A DNA stretch of 64,000 nt from Victivallis vadensis (GTDB lineage Bacteria; Verrucomicrobiota; Lentisphaeria; Victivallales; Victivallaceae), in contig JBEBXH010000027.1 of assembly GCA_040391785.1 (NCBI GenBank), positions 1,500 through 65,499 of the forward strand, given 5' to 3'. A program made the translations under genes and the position numbers. Every line of letters begins with the position of its first letter. Position 1 is the first letter of the stretch. The notes beneath the pieces are model-generated. The model ran no database searches, was not told the origin of the DNA, and saw only the letters and a program-made list of their open reading frames with translations. Positions 15,600-24,881 of the stretch are shown here, piece by piece.

Positions 15600-16574
15600 T
15601 TAAGTATTTGGTTTTGCACAGGATTCGCGTATGATCAGTTGGGATTTGGTGATATATCGCCGGACGACCGGGGCGGACGGATTTTCGATGCGTTCCAGAA
15701 CCAGCTCGATCAGTGAATCGACGATTTCCCGGTTATGACAGTTGAAGGTCGTCAGCGGCGGCTCGAAATAGGATGACTCCTCAAGATCGTTGTAACCGAT
15801 GATCGAGAGGTCGCGCGGTATCTTGAGGCCGGCCCGGGCCGCAATGGCAATGGCGCTGTAAGCCATGGAATCGTTAAGCATGATTGCCGTGGGACGGTCC
15901 TTCAGGCTCAGGAGGTGCGTCATGAACTCAACTCCGCCCTGCAGGGTCCCGGGAATACTGAGTGACCAGGCGGGGTTTTCCGGCAGGCCGAGCTCGCGGC
16001 GGTATTGCATCAGGCACTCATAGCGGACGTCTTGCTGCACCAGCCCGAATCCGATCCGGGTATGTCCCAGCGAAACCAGGTAATCGATGGCATCATGCGC
16101 ATAGGCTTCTCCATTGAGCTCGATGCAGCTGAAGTCATTGCCTTCGTGATAATAATAGATGACGGTCGGCACGGTTTCCGAATGCAGGCACTCATGGTAA
16201 ACCCACGAGATGATGCCGTCGACATTGTGCTGAAGCGCCGAGTCGTATGCCTTGGGCAATTCTTCATCGCACCGGCAAAAGGAGAACAGGCCCATATAGC
16301 CACGCTTGGCCAGTTCAAACTGCAACCCTGAAACCATGTTGGCATAGAATGAGTTGGCCGGGGTGGGCATGATGATGCCGATCGTGTATTGGCGCTGCGC
16401 CCGCAGGCCGCGCGCGGCCATGTTCGGCCGGTAGTTGTGCTGCCGGGCCAGTTCGCGGATCCGCTCCTGTTTCGGCTTGGCAATACGGCCGTCGCCCTTG
16501 CCGTTCAGGACCAGCGACACCGTGCTTTGCGAAACTTTGGCCAAAACGGCCAGCTCTTCCATTGTTATGCCCAT
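15600..16574 (-). CDS. LacI-family transcriptional regulator
   Basis: N-terminal HTH is MEELAVLAKVSQSTVSLVLNG, followed by a periplasmic-binding-protein-like sugar-binding domain. Confidence 0.9.
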   Translation of the reverse strand: MGITMEELAVLAKVSQSTVSLVLNGKGDGRIAKPKQERIRELARQHNYRPNMAARGLRAQRQYTIGIIMPTPANSFYANMVSGLQFELAKRGYMGLFSFCRCDEELPKAYDSALQHNVDGIISWVYHECLHSETVPTVIYYYHEGNDFSCIELNGEAYAHDAIDYLVSLGHTRIGFGLVQQDVRYECLMQYRRELGLPENPAWSLSIPGTLQGGVEFMTHLLSLKDRPTAIMLNDSMAYSAIAIAARAGLKIPRDLSIIGYNDLEESSYFEPPLTTFNCHNREIVDSLIELVLERIENPSAPVVRRYITKSQLIIRESCAKPNT

Positions 16575-16598
16575 AAATCACCATTTTTTGTCATGGAG

Positions 16599-16622
16599 TA
16601 ATACGTATTACGTCATACGTAT
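16599..16622. promoter_or_regulatory. two CG-centred palindromes; candidate LacI-type operators
   Basis: TAATACGTATTA (16599-16610) is a perfect 12-nt palindrome. ATACGTAT (16615-22) repeats its core. Both lie 25-48 nt upstream of the LacI start. Confidence 0.4.
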
Positions 16623-16724
16623 TATTATATCGTTGCCGAATGGTTTTGTCAATAGGGTTAGAAAAGATTTCAACAAATATTTTTCAGGGAGCAGGACACG
16701 GACTTACACGGACGGGCACGGAAG

Positions 16725-16768
16725 TCTGATTCTCCAATTCAGGCACGAAGTGCCGGCCAATTCCCCAA
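16725..16768 (-). repeat. REP-like post-stop element, same family as 56464-56554
   Basis: The minus strand directly after the glmS TAA reads TTGGGGAATTGGCC-GGCAC-TTC-GTGCC-TGAATTGGAGAATCAGA. Its flanks are nearly identical to AATTGGCC...TGAATTGGAGAATTCAGG at 56514-56554. Confidence 0.6.
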
Positions 16769-18604
16769 TTATTCCACCGTGACGCTTTTCGCGAGGTTAC
16801 GGGGCTGGTCGATTTCGCAGCCGCGTTCGCGCGCTATGTAATAGGAAAAGAGTTGCAGCGCCACCACCGTGACGATCGGGGCGATGTATTGCGAACAGCG
16901 CGGAATCCAGATGACATCGTCTACCATGTCGCCGACTTCGCGGTCGCCGGTCGTGGCAGTGGCGATTACCGGCGAACAGCGGGCACGGCATTCCTGGATG
17001 TTGCCGATCATCTTGTCTTTGCCGGGGAGGTCGTTGGCCAGTGCCAGTACTGGGACTTTGTCCTCGAGCAGGGCGATCGGGCCGTGTTTCAATTCGGCGG
17101 CGTGGTAGCCTTCGGCGTGGATGTAGCTGATTTCCTTGAGCTTGAGCGCGCCCTCCAGCGCCACCGGATAGAGGTAGCCGCGGCCGATGAAGAAGAAGTT
17201 GTCGGCGCGGGCGTATTTCTTCGCCACGGCTTCGATGTGGTCGCGGGTGGCCAGTACTTCATTGACCAGTTGCGGGATTTTTTCGATTTCGGCGATCAGG
17301 TCGAGGGCGGCCTGGTATGACATGCGGCGGTTGCGCCCGAGCAGCATCGCCATCATCAGCAGCACCGAAACCTGACAGGTGAATGCTTTGGTCGAGGCCA
17401 CCCCGATTTCCGGCCCGGCGTGCAGGTAAATACAGCGCTCGGATTCGCGGGCGATGGTTGAGCCGACCACGTTGCAGATGGCCGCGACGATCGCGCCTTT
17501 GTTCGCTGCTTCGCGCACCGCCGCCAGTGTATCGGCGGTTTCGCCGGACTGACTGATTGGTACCACCAGTGTATCGGGCTGGATGATCGGGTTGCGGTAG
17601 CGGAACTCGGCGGCTTGTTCCACGTCCACCGGAATTGCCGCGAGGTCCTCGAAATAATAACGCCCGACCATACCCGCGTGCATGCTGGTGCCGCAGGCGG
17701 CGATCACGATCCGGTGAATTTTAGCGAGTTCATACGGGGAAAGGTTCAAGCCGTTCAGCCGGGCGTTGGCGGAGCGGGGATCAAGACGGCCGCGGATGGT
17801 GTTGGCGAGGGCTTCGGGCTGTTCGCAGATTTCCTTGAGCATGAAATGGTCGAAACCGCTTTTTTCGACGGCGCCGGGTTCCCAGTCGATGTTTGCCACG
17901 TCGCGATTAACGGCCACATTGTCGAGATTGCGGATGTCGACGTCTTCGGCGGTGACGAGGGCGATATCGTGGTCGTTCAGGTAGATCACCTGCCGGGTAA
18001 ACGAGGCGATGGCGGCGGCGTCGCTGGCGACAAACGTTTCGTTTTTGCCGATGCCGATCAGCAGCGGACTGCCGTGGCGGGCCACAATCATGGTGCCGGG
18101 ATGTTCGAACGAGATCACGGCCAGCGCATAAGTCCCCTTGACCTTTTTCAAGACGCTCGCGACCGCGGCGAAGAGATCGCCTTCGTAGCATTCGGCGACC
18201 AGATGGGCCAGAACCTCGCTGTCGGTCTCCGAGGCGAACTTGACGCCCCGGTCCGCCAGGTGCTTTTTCAGTACCTGATAGTTTTCGATGATGCCGTTGT
18301 GGACAATGGCGAAGCGGCCGGCGGCGTCGAGGTGCGGGTGGGCGTTTTCTTCGGACGGGAACCCGTGGGTGGCCCAGCGGGTGTGGGCGATGCCGAGACC
18401 GTTTTTCAGGTTCAAGCCGACTTGCTCGGCGGTTTTCTTTTCGAGATTGGCGACCTTGCCGATATTTTTCACCGTGACCAGGGTTCCCTGATCCAGCAGG
18501 GCCAGCCCCGCCGAATCATAACCCCGGTATTCCAGTTTCTTCAGTCCTTCGAGTAATGTTACCGGTACTTCCCGGCCCCCGACGTATCCAACGATTCCAC
18601 ACAT
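16769..18604 (-). CDS. glmS: glutamine--fructose-6-phosphate aminotransferase
   Basis: MCGIVGYVG N-terminus, two SIS domains and a C-terminal KSVTVE; 611 aa. Confidence 0.97.
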   Translation of the reverse strand: MCGIVGYVGGREVPVTLLEGLKKLEYRGYDSAGLALLDQGTLVTVKNIGKVANLEKKTAEQVGLNLKNGLGIAHTRWATHGFPSEENAHPHLDAAGRFAIVHNGIIENYQVLKKHLADRGVKFASETDSEVLAHLVAECYEGDLFAAVASVLKKVKGTYALAVISFEHPGTMIVARHGSPLLIGIGKNETFVASDAAAIASFTRQVIYLNDHDIALVTAEDVDIRNLDNVAVNRDVANIDWEPGAVEKSGFDHFMLKEICEQPEALANTIRGRLDPRSANARLNGLNLSPYELAKIHRIVIAACGTSMHAGMVGRYYFEDLAAIPVDVEQAAEFRYRNPIIQPDTLVVPISQSGETADTLAAVREAANKGAIVAAICNVVGSTIARESERCIYLHAGPEIGVASTKAFTCQVSVLLMMAMLLGRNRRMSYQAALDLIAEIEKIPQLVNEVLATRDHIEAVAKKYARADNFFFIGRGYLYPVALEGALKLKEISYIHAEGYHAAELKHGPIALLEDKVPVLALANDLPGKDKMIGNIQECRARCSPVIATATTGDREVGDMVDDVIWIPRCSQYIAPIVTVVALQLFSYYIARERGCEIDQPRNLAKSVTVE

Positions 18605-18743
18605 GCTGTATTATCCTCTTTTAATATTATGATTCGGATAATATAACACAAAAATGAAATTTACGCAAATTTACGCAGAATTATTTTTCCATAATCAAAC
18701 AACTTCCAAACAACTTAAATATCAGTTATCCTGCGGTAAATCA

Positions 18744-18771
18744 TTGACAGCCGCAGAAAACCCGTTATAAT
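18744..18771 (+). promoter_or_regulatory. near-consensus sigma70 promoter for the GntR-type regulator, bracketed by a CTGCGG/CCGCAG inverted repeat
   Basis: TTGACA (18744-49), a 16-nt spacer, then TATAAT (18766-71). CTGCGG (18731-36) and CCGCAG (18751-56) flank the -35. Confidence 0.45.
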
Positions 18772-18813
18772 ATAAGCGAAGAGGTCAGACAACTTCGATA
18801 ACCGGTAAACAAG

Positions 18814-19956
18814 ATGAGTATCATATCCTACAACGCCAGCAACAATGTTTACGATGCGCTCGAATCCGAATTGCGCCGCCGGATCGTCAGCGGTGCGTTG
18901 CGGGGAGGACAGAGCCTGTATTCGGAAACCCAGCTGGCCCGGAATTACCGGATCAGCCGCAGCAGTGTCCGGATCGCATTGGGCAACCTCGAGCGGGACG
19001 GTTTGGTGAAACGGGTGCGCGGCAGCGGTACTTTTGTGGTGCCGCCGGAGGAACGGAAGGTCGATGTCCTGTCCCGGCGGACAATCGACAAACAGGTTTT
19101 GTTTCTTTCTTTTTCCTCCTCATATTCCGCAGAGACTTATTTGGAGCACCATATGCATGAAACGATTTGCAACGGATTGTCGCGGATCCTGCAGTCAGGC
19201 GGCTACAGTCTGTTGCTTTCGCATGTGGGGCTGAATGATGAATTATCGATTTCACTGAAAGGCAAAAGTATTGCCGGGATTATTTACAGCGGCCGCCCCA
19301 CTCAGGAATTTCATCACAAATTTTTGAAAGACTATACCTGTGTCGCCCTTGGAGCATATAATCCGGAATTCCGGCATTGTACGGTGGAAGTAGCGCATGT
19401 CGAAGTGAGCCGCCTGGCGGTCGAGTATTTGAAAAAGACCGGCTGCCGGAAAATCGGATTTGTTTCGAACGAATGCGAGGAGTACACACCGAAGAAACGT
19501 TTTCAGGGATTTTTGCAGGCCATGGAAGAACTTGAACTGGAAGTGAATCCAAAGTTTTTGATTCAGTGGCAGCGGCCCCGGCTCAACGGTGAGTTGACCC
19601 TTGAACATGGTATGCCGGATTACCGGGGACACCTGAAGGGGGCGTTTTCGGGCAGGGAGCGCCCGGATGCATTGGTCTGCATTGACGATTGGCGTGCGTT
19701 ATGTACCATGAAGGCATTGGAGAAAATGGGACTGAAAGTACCGCAAGATCTGAGCCTGATCGGCAGTTGTACCGCGATTCACAGCAGACCTGAACGGTTC
19801 ACCAGTGTTTGTGTGCGGACCGAGGAGTCGTATGCACAAGCCGCAAGACTGCTGCTGGATCAATTGGAAAATAAAGATGCGGTAAATAATATAACAATAA
19901 AACTTCATCCGGAGCTGATTATCGGTTACAGTACCGGAAAAAATAAGGAGAAATAA
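18814..19956 (+). CDS. GntR-family HTH regulator with a LacI-type sugar-binding domain
   Basis: The wHTH block reads [39 protein letters not shown]. The C-terminal half is periplasmic-binding-protein-like. Confidence 0.8.
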   Translation: MSIISYNASNNVYDALESELRRRIVSGALRGGQSLYSETQLARNYRISRSSVRIALGNLERDGLVKRVRGSGTFVVPPEERKVDVLSRRTIDKQVLFLSFSSSYSAETYLEHHMHETICNGLSRILQSGGYSLLLSHVGLNDELSISLKGKSIAGIIYSGRPTQEFHHKFLKDYTCVALGAYNPEFRHCTVEVAHVEVSRLAVEYLKKTGCRKIGFVSNECEEYTPKKRFQGFLQAMEELELEVNPKFLIQWQRPRLNGELTLEHGMPDYRGHLKGAFSGRERPDALVCIDDWRALCTMKALEKMGLKVPQDLSLIGSCTAIHSRPERFTSVCVRTEESYAQAARLLLDQLENKDAVNNITIKLHPELIIGYSTGKNKEK

Positions 19957-19960
19957 AAAT

Positions 19961-20629
19961 ATGACACACAGAAAATTTACACTCATTGAACTCCTCGTGG
20001 TAATAGCAATTATTGCCATACTTGCAGCCATGTTGCTGCCGGCGCTGGCCAAGGCACGGGAGTCCGCGCGTTCGACAAATTGCATCAACTCGCTGAAACA
20101 GATGTTCCATTATCTCTCCAACTACAGTGACGACAGTGACCTATGGATCATCAAGGATTATGATGACGGACGCAATATTACGGCCAGCTGGAAAAACGGT
20201 TACTGGGGAGCATGGCTGGGATTGAAGGGATACGTTCCCGGGGTTGCTCCCGGCAACAGTTTCAGCAATGCTTTTTCGGATCAGATGATTAAGCGGAATG
20301 TGCTTTGTTGTTCGACCAATATCAGCCGCGGCTCGGGTATCGGATATGACAGTGCGCTCGGCATTCCGTATTACGGTTATGGCTTGAATACCTTTTGGAC
20401 GAACAACAAACTGAACCGGATGAAGGGGACTTTTTCCAATACTCCGTATGTGGCGGAAACCGCACGGTATATTGTTTCGGTGGCCGATGCCGCCAAACTT
20501 ACGTTCAGTCACGGCAAGCGTGGGAACTACCTGTTTTTCGACGGGCATGTGCAGAGCGTGTCTTCTGCCATCGGGCCGGGGGAAGTCGAGTATGAACGTT
20601 GGCAATATGGCCGAAAAAATTGGAACTGA
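19961..20629 (+). CDS. prepilin-type N-terminal cleavage/methylation domain protein (DUF1559 family)
   Basis: [30 protein letters not shown] at the N-terminus. [15 protein letters not shown] at the C-terminus. Confidence 0.85.
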   Translation: MTHRKFTLIELLVVIAIIAILAAMLLPALAKARESARSTNCINSLKQMFHYLSNYSDDSDLWIIKDYDDGRNITASWKNGYWGAWLGLKGYVPGVAPGNSFSNAFSDQMIKRNVLCCSTNISRGSGIGYDSALGIPYYGYGLNTFWTNNKLNRMKGTFSNTPYVAETARYIVSVADAAKLTFSHGKRGNYLFFDGHVQSVSSAIGPGEVEYERWQYGRKNWN

Positions 20630-20650
20630 ATATAAAAAAGGAAAAATCAT

Positions 20651-23014
20651 ATGAAGGGAAAAATGATCTTCAGCGCAGTATTGGTTCTGACAGGACTCGT
20701 ACAAGGTGCCGACTTGCCGCAGGACAATCCGGTGCTGGACAATGGTAAGGCCCGGGCCTATATCGACAGCAGGCATCTTTCGCTGAGGCTGAAAAACGTC
20801 ACCGCCGCCGGGGCGGAAAAACAGGTAATTGCCAGTGTGTACCCCACTTACTTCGGCTACGGTACCTGGAATCTTTTTCAGCTGAATACCAAAAAGCTGA
20901 TCGAGGACCAGGAGGAACCGGGCTTCAACAAACTCGAAGCGTTTGAGGTGCGGAAGGATGCGTCGGGGAACGTTCGGGAGGTGAGCAACACGGTAGCCAA
21001 TCCTCATTTCAGATGCAAGCGCACTTTTTCCCTGCTGCCCGGACAACCGGTCTTCAAGATGGATCTGGAATGGGTTTCGCTGAAAGATAATTTCGTACAG
21101 AGCTTCGGCATCCAGGCGACTTATGAAAAAGAGTTTTCCAAGCTGGTTTTTGTTCACAATGGCGAACGGAAAGAGATTCCGGCCGGGGGACGTTATGAGG
21201 TCCCATTTTTGAAGTGGAGTTCGCGAACGGATGAGACTGGCCGCAATGGCGCGGTGGTGATGATCGACAACCGGCCGTATGCGGAGCTGACGCAGGGACC
21301 GCTGTTTACTCAGTATGGCGGAGTAAGCTTCCCCGGCAACCAGCACCGGTTGATCGGCAAGGGAGAAACGTTCAGGGCCACCATTTATGTCATACCTTTT
21401 CGCGATGCGGACCCGGTGGAAGTGGCGGCCGCCGCTGAGAAAACCATTTTTGGCGAAGCCGGGAACCCGGAACATGTGTGGACCAACCGCGTGAAGCCGA
21501 CCACCGGCAGAATCCTGAAAAAATCGACGGATGCCGTTTACTGGCGGGCCGGCATCGAGCATGTCCTTTCCGATTCCGAGCTGCCGGATCAGGCGGTAGC
21601 CGCGTGGGAACTTACCGGCGCAGCCAATGAGTCGATTCATGAGCAACTGGTCGTTACCGCAAGCCGCAACCTGCCGGAAATGACGGTTGAGATCGGTGAA
21701 TTCCGCAGCAGTGACGGCGGAGTCATTCCAGCCGGGAATGTCAAGGTTTCTTATCCTAAAGCATTTACCGCGTATTTGCAGACGACGGCCGTGAGCTTCA
21801 GCGGGGAGTGTCCCGACCTGTTGGATACTATCCCGCACCGTGAACTTGCCGCCGGGACGAATTACGCCTGTATATTCAGCCTGAAGATACCGGCGGATAC
21901 GAAAGCGGGAGTTTATAACGGCCATATCACTGTCGCCGGCGAAAAGTTGCCATTAGCCGTGCGCGTTCGTGATTTCCGGCTTCCCGATTACCCGGCGTTC
22001 CGGGCGGATTTCCTGATGTGGGGCGATCAATATACCACCGAGAAAAACCGTCTGCCGCTCGCCGCGTATGAGAAGGATATGCGCTCGTTGCGGATCTCCC
22101 CCGGATTTTCGAGTACCCTGGTTTATGACGCCGACGGCAAGGTGACAGGCAATACGGCCAGCGCCGTGCGCAATGCTGTTCTCAAGGAACACGATACCTC
22201 TTTCCGCATTTACGGCGTATTTGCCCAGCGTAAATTCAGCAAGCAATACAAGATGAGGTCGCCGGAAATGGACCGGGCCATGATCCAATTCGCCGAAGTC
22301 GCCGAAAAAACGTTGAAGGAAGCGGGCGTGATCGACAAACTGCTCTGGCAGCACGGAGACGAAACCCATAATGAAGAACAGTTGAAAACCCAGATTCATT
22401 ATGCGTCGTTGACGAAAGAGACAGCTCCTGCGATTCCGATTTTTACCACGATCAACGGCTGGCACGGCAGGATTCCGGAGCTGGTGAAAGTCTGTGATAT
22501 CATGGCCTTTCACTCGGAAATATACTTCAATTGCGTGAAGGACCGGATGGATCTGGCGGGCAAGGAAGTCTGGCAGTACGACAATGATTATATGCGCGCC
22601 ACGGCGCCATCCGCAGCGGTCCGGGGGATCATGTGGCGTGCATTTCGACAGGGCTTCAAGGGGTATCATCATTGGGGAACTATGTCCTGGCCGAAAAACT
22701 ACACCTTTGAATACAGTTCCAACTACTGCGGAGTGATCTATTATCCGCCCATGCAGGATCAGAAATCGCCGCTGCGCTCCTCACGGTTGTTGAACTTTGC
22801 CGCCGGAGTGGCCGACTACGATTATTTGGTACTGCTGCAGAACGAAATTTCGCGGCTGGAAAATCATCCCGAAGCCGTGGCAGCCGGGAAAGAATTGGAT
22901 GCCATGCTCAACCGTCTTCTTCCGGACCAGTGGAGCCTGAACCCCGGCTACTCCGGTATTCTCGACGGACGCGAGCGAATCGGTGATCTGATCGAGAAAC
23001 TCCGAAAATTGTAG
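20651..23014 (+). CDS. secreted DUF4091/GH123-like protein (family call tentative)
   Basis: Has a signal peptide. The C-terminal block GVIYYPP...SPLRSSRLLNFAAGVADYDYLVLL resembles the DUF4091 signature as I remember it. Confidence 0.5.
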   Translation: MKGKMIFSAVLVLTGLVQGADLPQDNPVLDNGKARAYIDSRHLSLRLKNVTAAGAEKQVIASVYPTYFGYGTWNLFQLNTKKLIEDQEEPGFNKLEAFEVRKDASGNVREVSNTVANPHFRCKRTFSLLPGQPVFKMDLEWVSLKDNFVQSFGIQATYEKEFSKLVFVHNGERKEIPAGGRYEVPFLKWSSRTDETGRNGAVVMIDNRPYAELTQGPLFTQYGGVSFPGNQHRLIGKGETFRATIYVIPFRDADPVEVAAAAEKTIFGEAGNPEHVWTNRVKPTTGRILKKSTDAVYWRAGIEHVLSDSELPDQAVAAWELTGAANESIHEQLVVTASRNLPEMTVEIGEFRSSDGGVIPAGNVKVSYPKAFTAYLQTTAVSFSGECPDLLDTIPHRELAAGTNYACIFSLKIPADTKAGVYNGHITVAGEKLPLAVRVRDFRLPDYPAFRADFLMWGDQYTTEKNRLPLAAYEKDMRSLRISPGFSSTLVYDADGKVTGNTASAVRNAVLKEHDTSFRIYGVFAQRKFSKQYKMRSPEMDRAMIQFAEVAEKTLKEAGVIDKLLWQHGDETHNEEQLKTQIHYASLTKETAPAIPIFTTINGWHGRIPELVKVCDIMAFHSEIYFNCVKDRMDLAGKEVWQYDNDYMRATAPSAAVRGIMWRAFRQGFKGYHHWGTMSWPKNYTFEYSSNYCGVIYYPPMQDQKSPLRSSRLLNFAAGVADYDYLVLLQNEISRLENHPEAVAAGKELDAMLNRLLPDQWSLNPGYSGILDGRERIGDLIEKLRKL

Positions 23015-23782
23015 TTATTTGGCGGACTCGGCTTCGTGGAGCTCTTGGGAGCGGTCGAGGCTCAGATCGGATTTGGCGAAGGCGGAATCCCGCGGCAGGA
23101 TCATGCGGAAATCATAGACTTCGACCAGTTCCAATGAGCCTGTTTTCAGCTCGAAGTCCAGTACATGACCGCCGTGTGTCCGGTCGGCGGTGATGAAGTG
23201 GAGGTGCCAGCCCGGCACGTTGATCCCCTTCACATAAGCGGGCAGGCGGAAGCCGACCAGGTCGCCGGACACTTTTTCAAACTTGAATTCCGGCTGGGTC
23301 CGGGTGACTTCGGCCAGCGGGCGGTACGGCTTCTGCTGCGCCGGCACCGAGCGGGTCCGCATCCAGGTGAATTCGCCCTTGATATGGATCGCCGTCATCG
23401 CATTGGGATTGGAGGCGTGTTTGTCCATGAAATCGAGCAACTGCTTGAACTTGATGTTCAGCGGCAGATCGATGAATTTCTCCGGTTTGAAGTCGACCAC
23501 GGATGCGAACGGGGTGGTCCGGTCGTCGGATGGGCGGTATACTTTGCCGTCGGCGCGGACCTGATAGACCGTGCCGTCAAGCATCAGCATTTCGCCGTCG
23601 AGCTTGTCGATGGTGCCGATGCCGAGGTCGCCGTAGCGCTTCAAGTTGCCGAGGGTTTCCGAGCCGTCGTAAACGCCGGCGAGCAGGGAGTCGATGGTGG
23701 CGATCTGGGTGATGCGGGGCGCGGCAGTGCTGCAGCCAGCCAGAATACAGGCCAATACCGCAAAAAGAATGAACCGTTTCAT
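23015..23782 (-). CDS. budA: alpha-acetolactate decarboxylase (lipoprotein signal)
   Basis: IDSLLAGVYDG...YGDLGIGTIDKLDGEMLMLDG block. The start ATG at 23782 follows an AGGAGA SD. Signal is MKRFILFAVLACILAGC. Confidence 0.85.
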   Translation of the reverse strand: MKRFILFAVLACILAGCSTAAPRITQIATIDSLLAGVYDGSETLGNLKRYGDLGIGTIDKLDGEMLMLDGTVYQVRADGKVYRPSDDRTTPFASVVDFKPEKFIDLPLNIKFKQLLDFMDKHASNPNAMTAIHIKGEFTWMRTRSVPAQQKPYRPLAEVTRTQPEFKFEKVSGDLVGFRLPAYVKGINVPGWHLHFITADRTHGGHVLDFELKTGSLELVEVYDFRMILPRDSAFAKSDLSLDRSQELHEAESAK

Positions 23783-23838
23783 AATATTTCTCCTGTTATA
23801 CAGCAAAAAATACATCGGCAAGCGTATTTTGTCAAACA

Positions 23839-23879
23839 GGAAAAATAATTTACCGGAACCGAACAGTGGTTCCGGTAAA
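23839..23879 (-). terminator. rho-independent terminator of the esterase gene
   Basis: TTTACCGGAACC (23849-60) pairs perfectly with GGTTCCGGTAAA (23868-79). A T-rich run follows on the minus strand. Confidence 0.6.
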
Positions 23880-23896
23880 CATATGGGAATCACGAC

Positions 23897-24862
23897 TCAG
23901 AGCATTTCCAGCATGAATTGATAGGCGCGGTCGGACGACCCCGGCAGGCCCTCGTGGCCGAAGTCGGGGTAAAGCACCACATCTTTTTCGGAGGTGATCT
24001 TGTTGTAGGCCGCGAACTGCGTCGAGGGCGGGCAGACCGTATCCATCAGCCCGGTGAACATCAGCACCTTGGCGCGGATGCGCGGAGTCAGGTGCTGGAC
24101 GTCGATATAACCGAGCTTGGTGAAAATGGCGTCCTCGCGCTCGTGGCGCGGATCGTGCAGCCGGAAGTAATCCTTGATTTCCTGATAAGCATCTTTGGCG
24201 AGATCCATTTCCCACACGCGCCGGTAGTCGCAGAGAAACGGGAAGCTCGGGGCCGCGCGGTTGACTTCCGGCGCCAGCGAGGCGCAGGCCAGTGTCAGTC
24301 CGCCGCCCTGCGAACCGCCGGTGACGCCGACACGGGTGCGGTCCACGCCCGGCATGTCCATGACCAGATAGGTGAGCTGGGCGCAGTCCAGGTAAATATT
24401 GCGGAACACCATGTTCTCCGGTTTGTCGTCGATGCCGCGGACGATGTGCCCCCGGAAGGTCGTGCCATGGATCGAGCCGGCGTCCTCGGAGAGTCCGCCC
24501 TGGCCGCGGCAGTCGAGAAATGCCGTGGTGAAACCGGCTGCCACATAGCCGAGCGTACCGACCCAGTCCCCGGCGTTGCCGCTGTAACCATGAAAAAAGA
24601 CCACGGCCGGGCCCTTGCGGTCCGCCGGATTGCGCGGGCGCAGGACTTTCGCATGAATGCGGGAACCGCCGACGCCGTTGAAGAAGGCGTCGAAACACTC
24701 GGCGAACGGCGCTTGAAACGGCGATTCGCGCAGCTCCAGTTGCGGATCGAGGGCGCGCATTTCCCGCAGAGACTTATCCCAGAATTCATCGAAGTCGGAC
24801 GGACGCGGGTTGATTCCACGGTATTCCTTCAATTTCGCCAGGGGCATGTCAATTAACGGCAT
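23897..24862 (-). CDS. acetyl xylan esterase / cephalosporin-C deacetylase (CE7)
   Basis: MPLIDMPLAKLKEYRG N-terminus with a GGSQGG nucleophile motif. Confidence 0.85.
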   Translation of the reverse strand: MPLIDMPLAKLKEYRGINPRPSDFDEFWDKSLREMRALDPQLELRESPFQAPFAECFDAFFNGVGGSRIHAKVLRPRNPADRKGPAVVFFHGYSGNAGDWVGTLGYVAAGFTTAFLDCRGQGGLSEDAGSIHGTTFRGHIVRGIDDKPENMVFRNIYLDCAQLTYLVMDMPGVDRTRVGVTGGSQGGGLTLACASLAPEVNRAAPSFPFLCDYRRVWEMDLAKDAYQEIKDYFRLHDPRHEREDAIFTKLGYIDVQHLTPRIRAKVLMFTGLMDTVCPPSTQFAAYNKITSEKDVVLYPDFGHEGLPGSSDRAYQFMLEML

Positions 24863-24881
24863 GGTCGTTTTCCTTTTTTGA

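Noticed and set aside
18605-18700. glmS ribozyme in the glmS leader
   Set aside because: I could not recognise the conserved ribozyme core. The leader is AT-rich with simple tandem repeats. The ribozyme is mainly a Firmicutes feature. This should still be confirmed with Rfam.
20141-21925. 594-aa minus-strand ORF
   Set aside because: It lies antisense to the DUF1559 and DUF4091-like genes. It has no motifs and a high Arg/Pro/Gly content.
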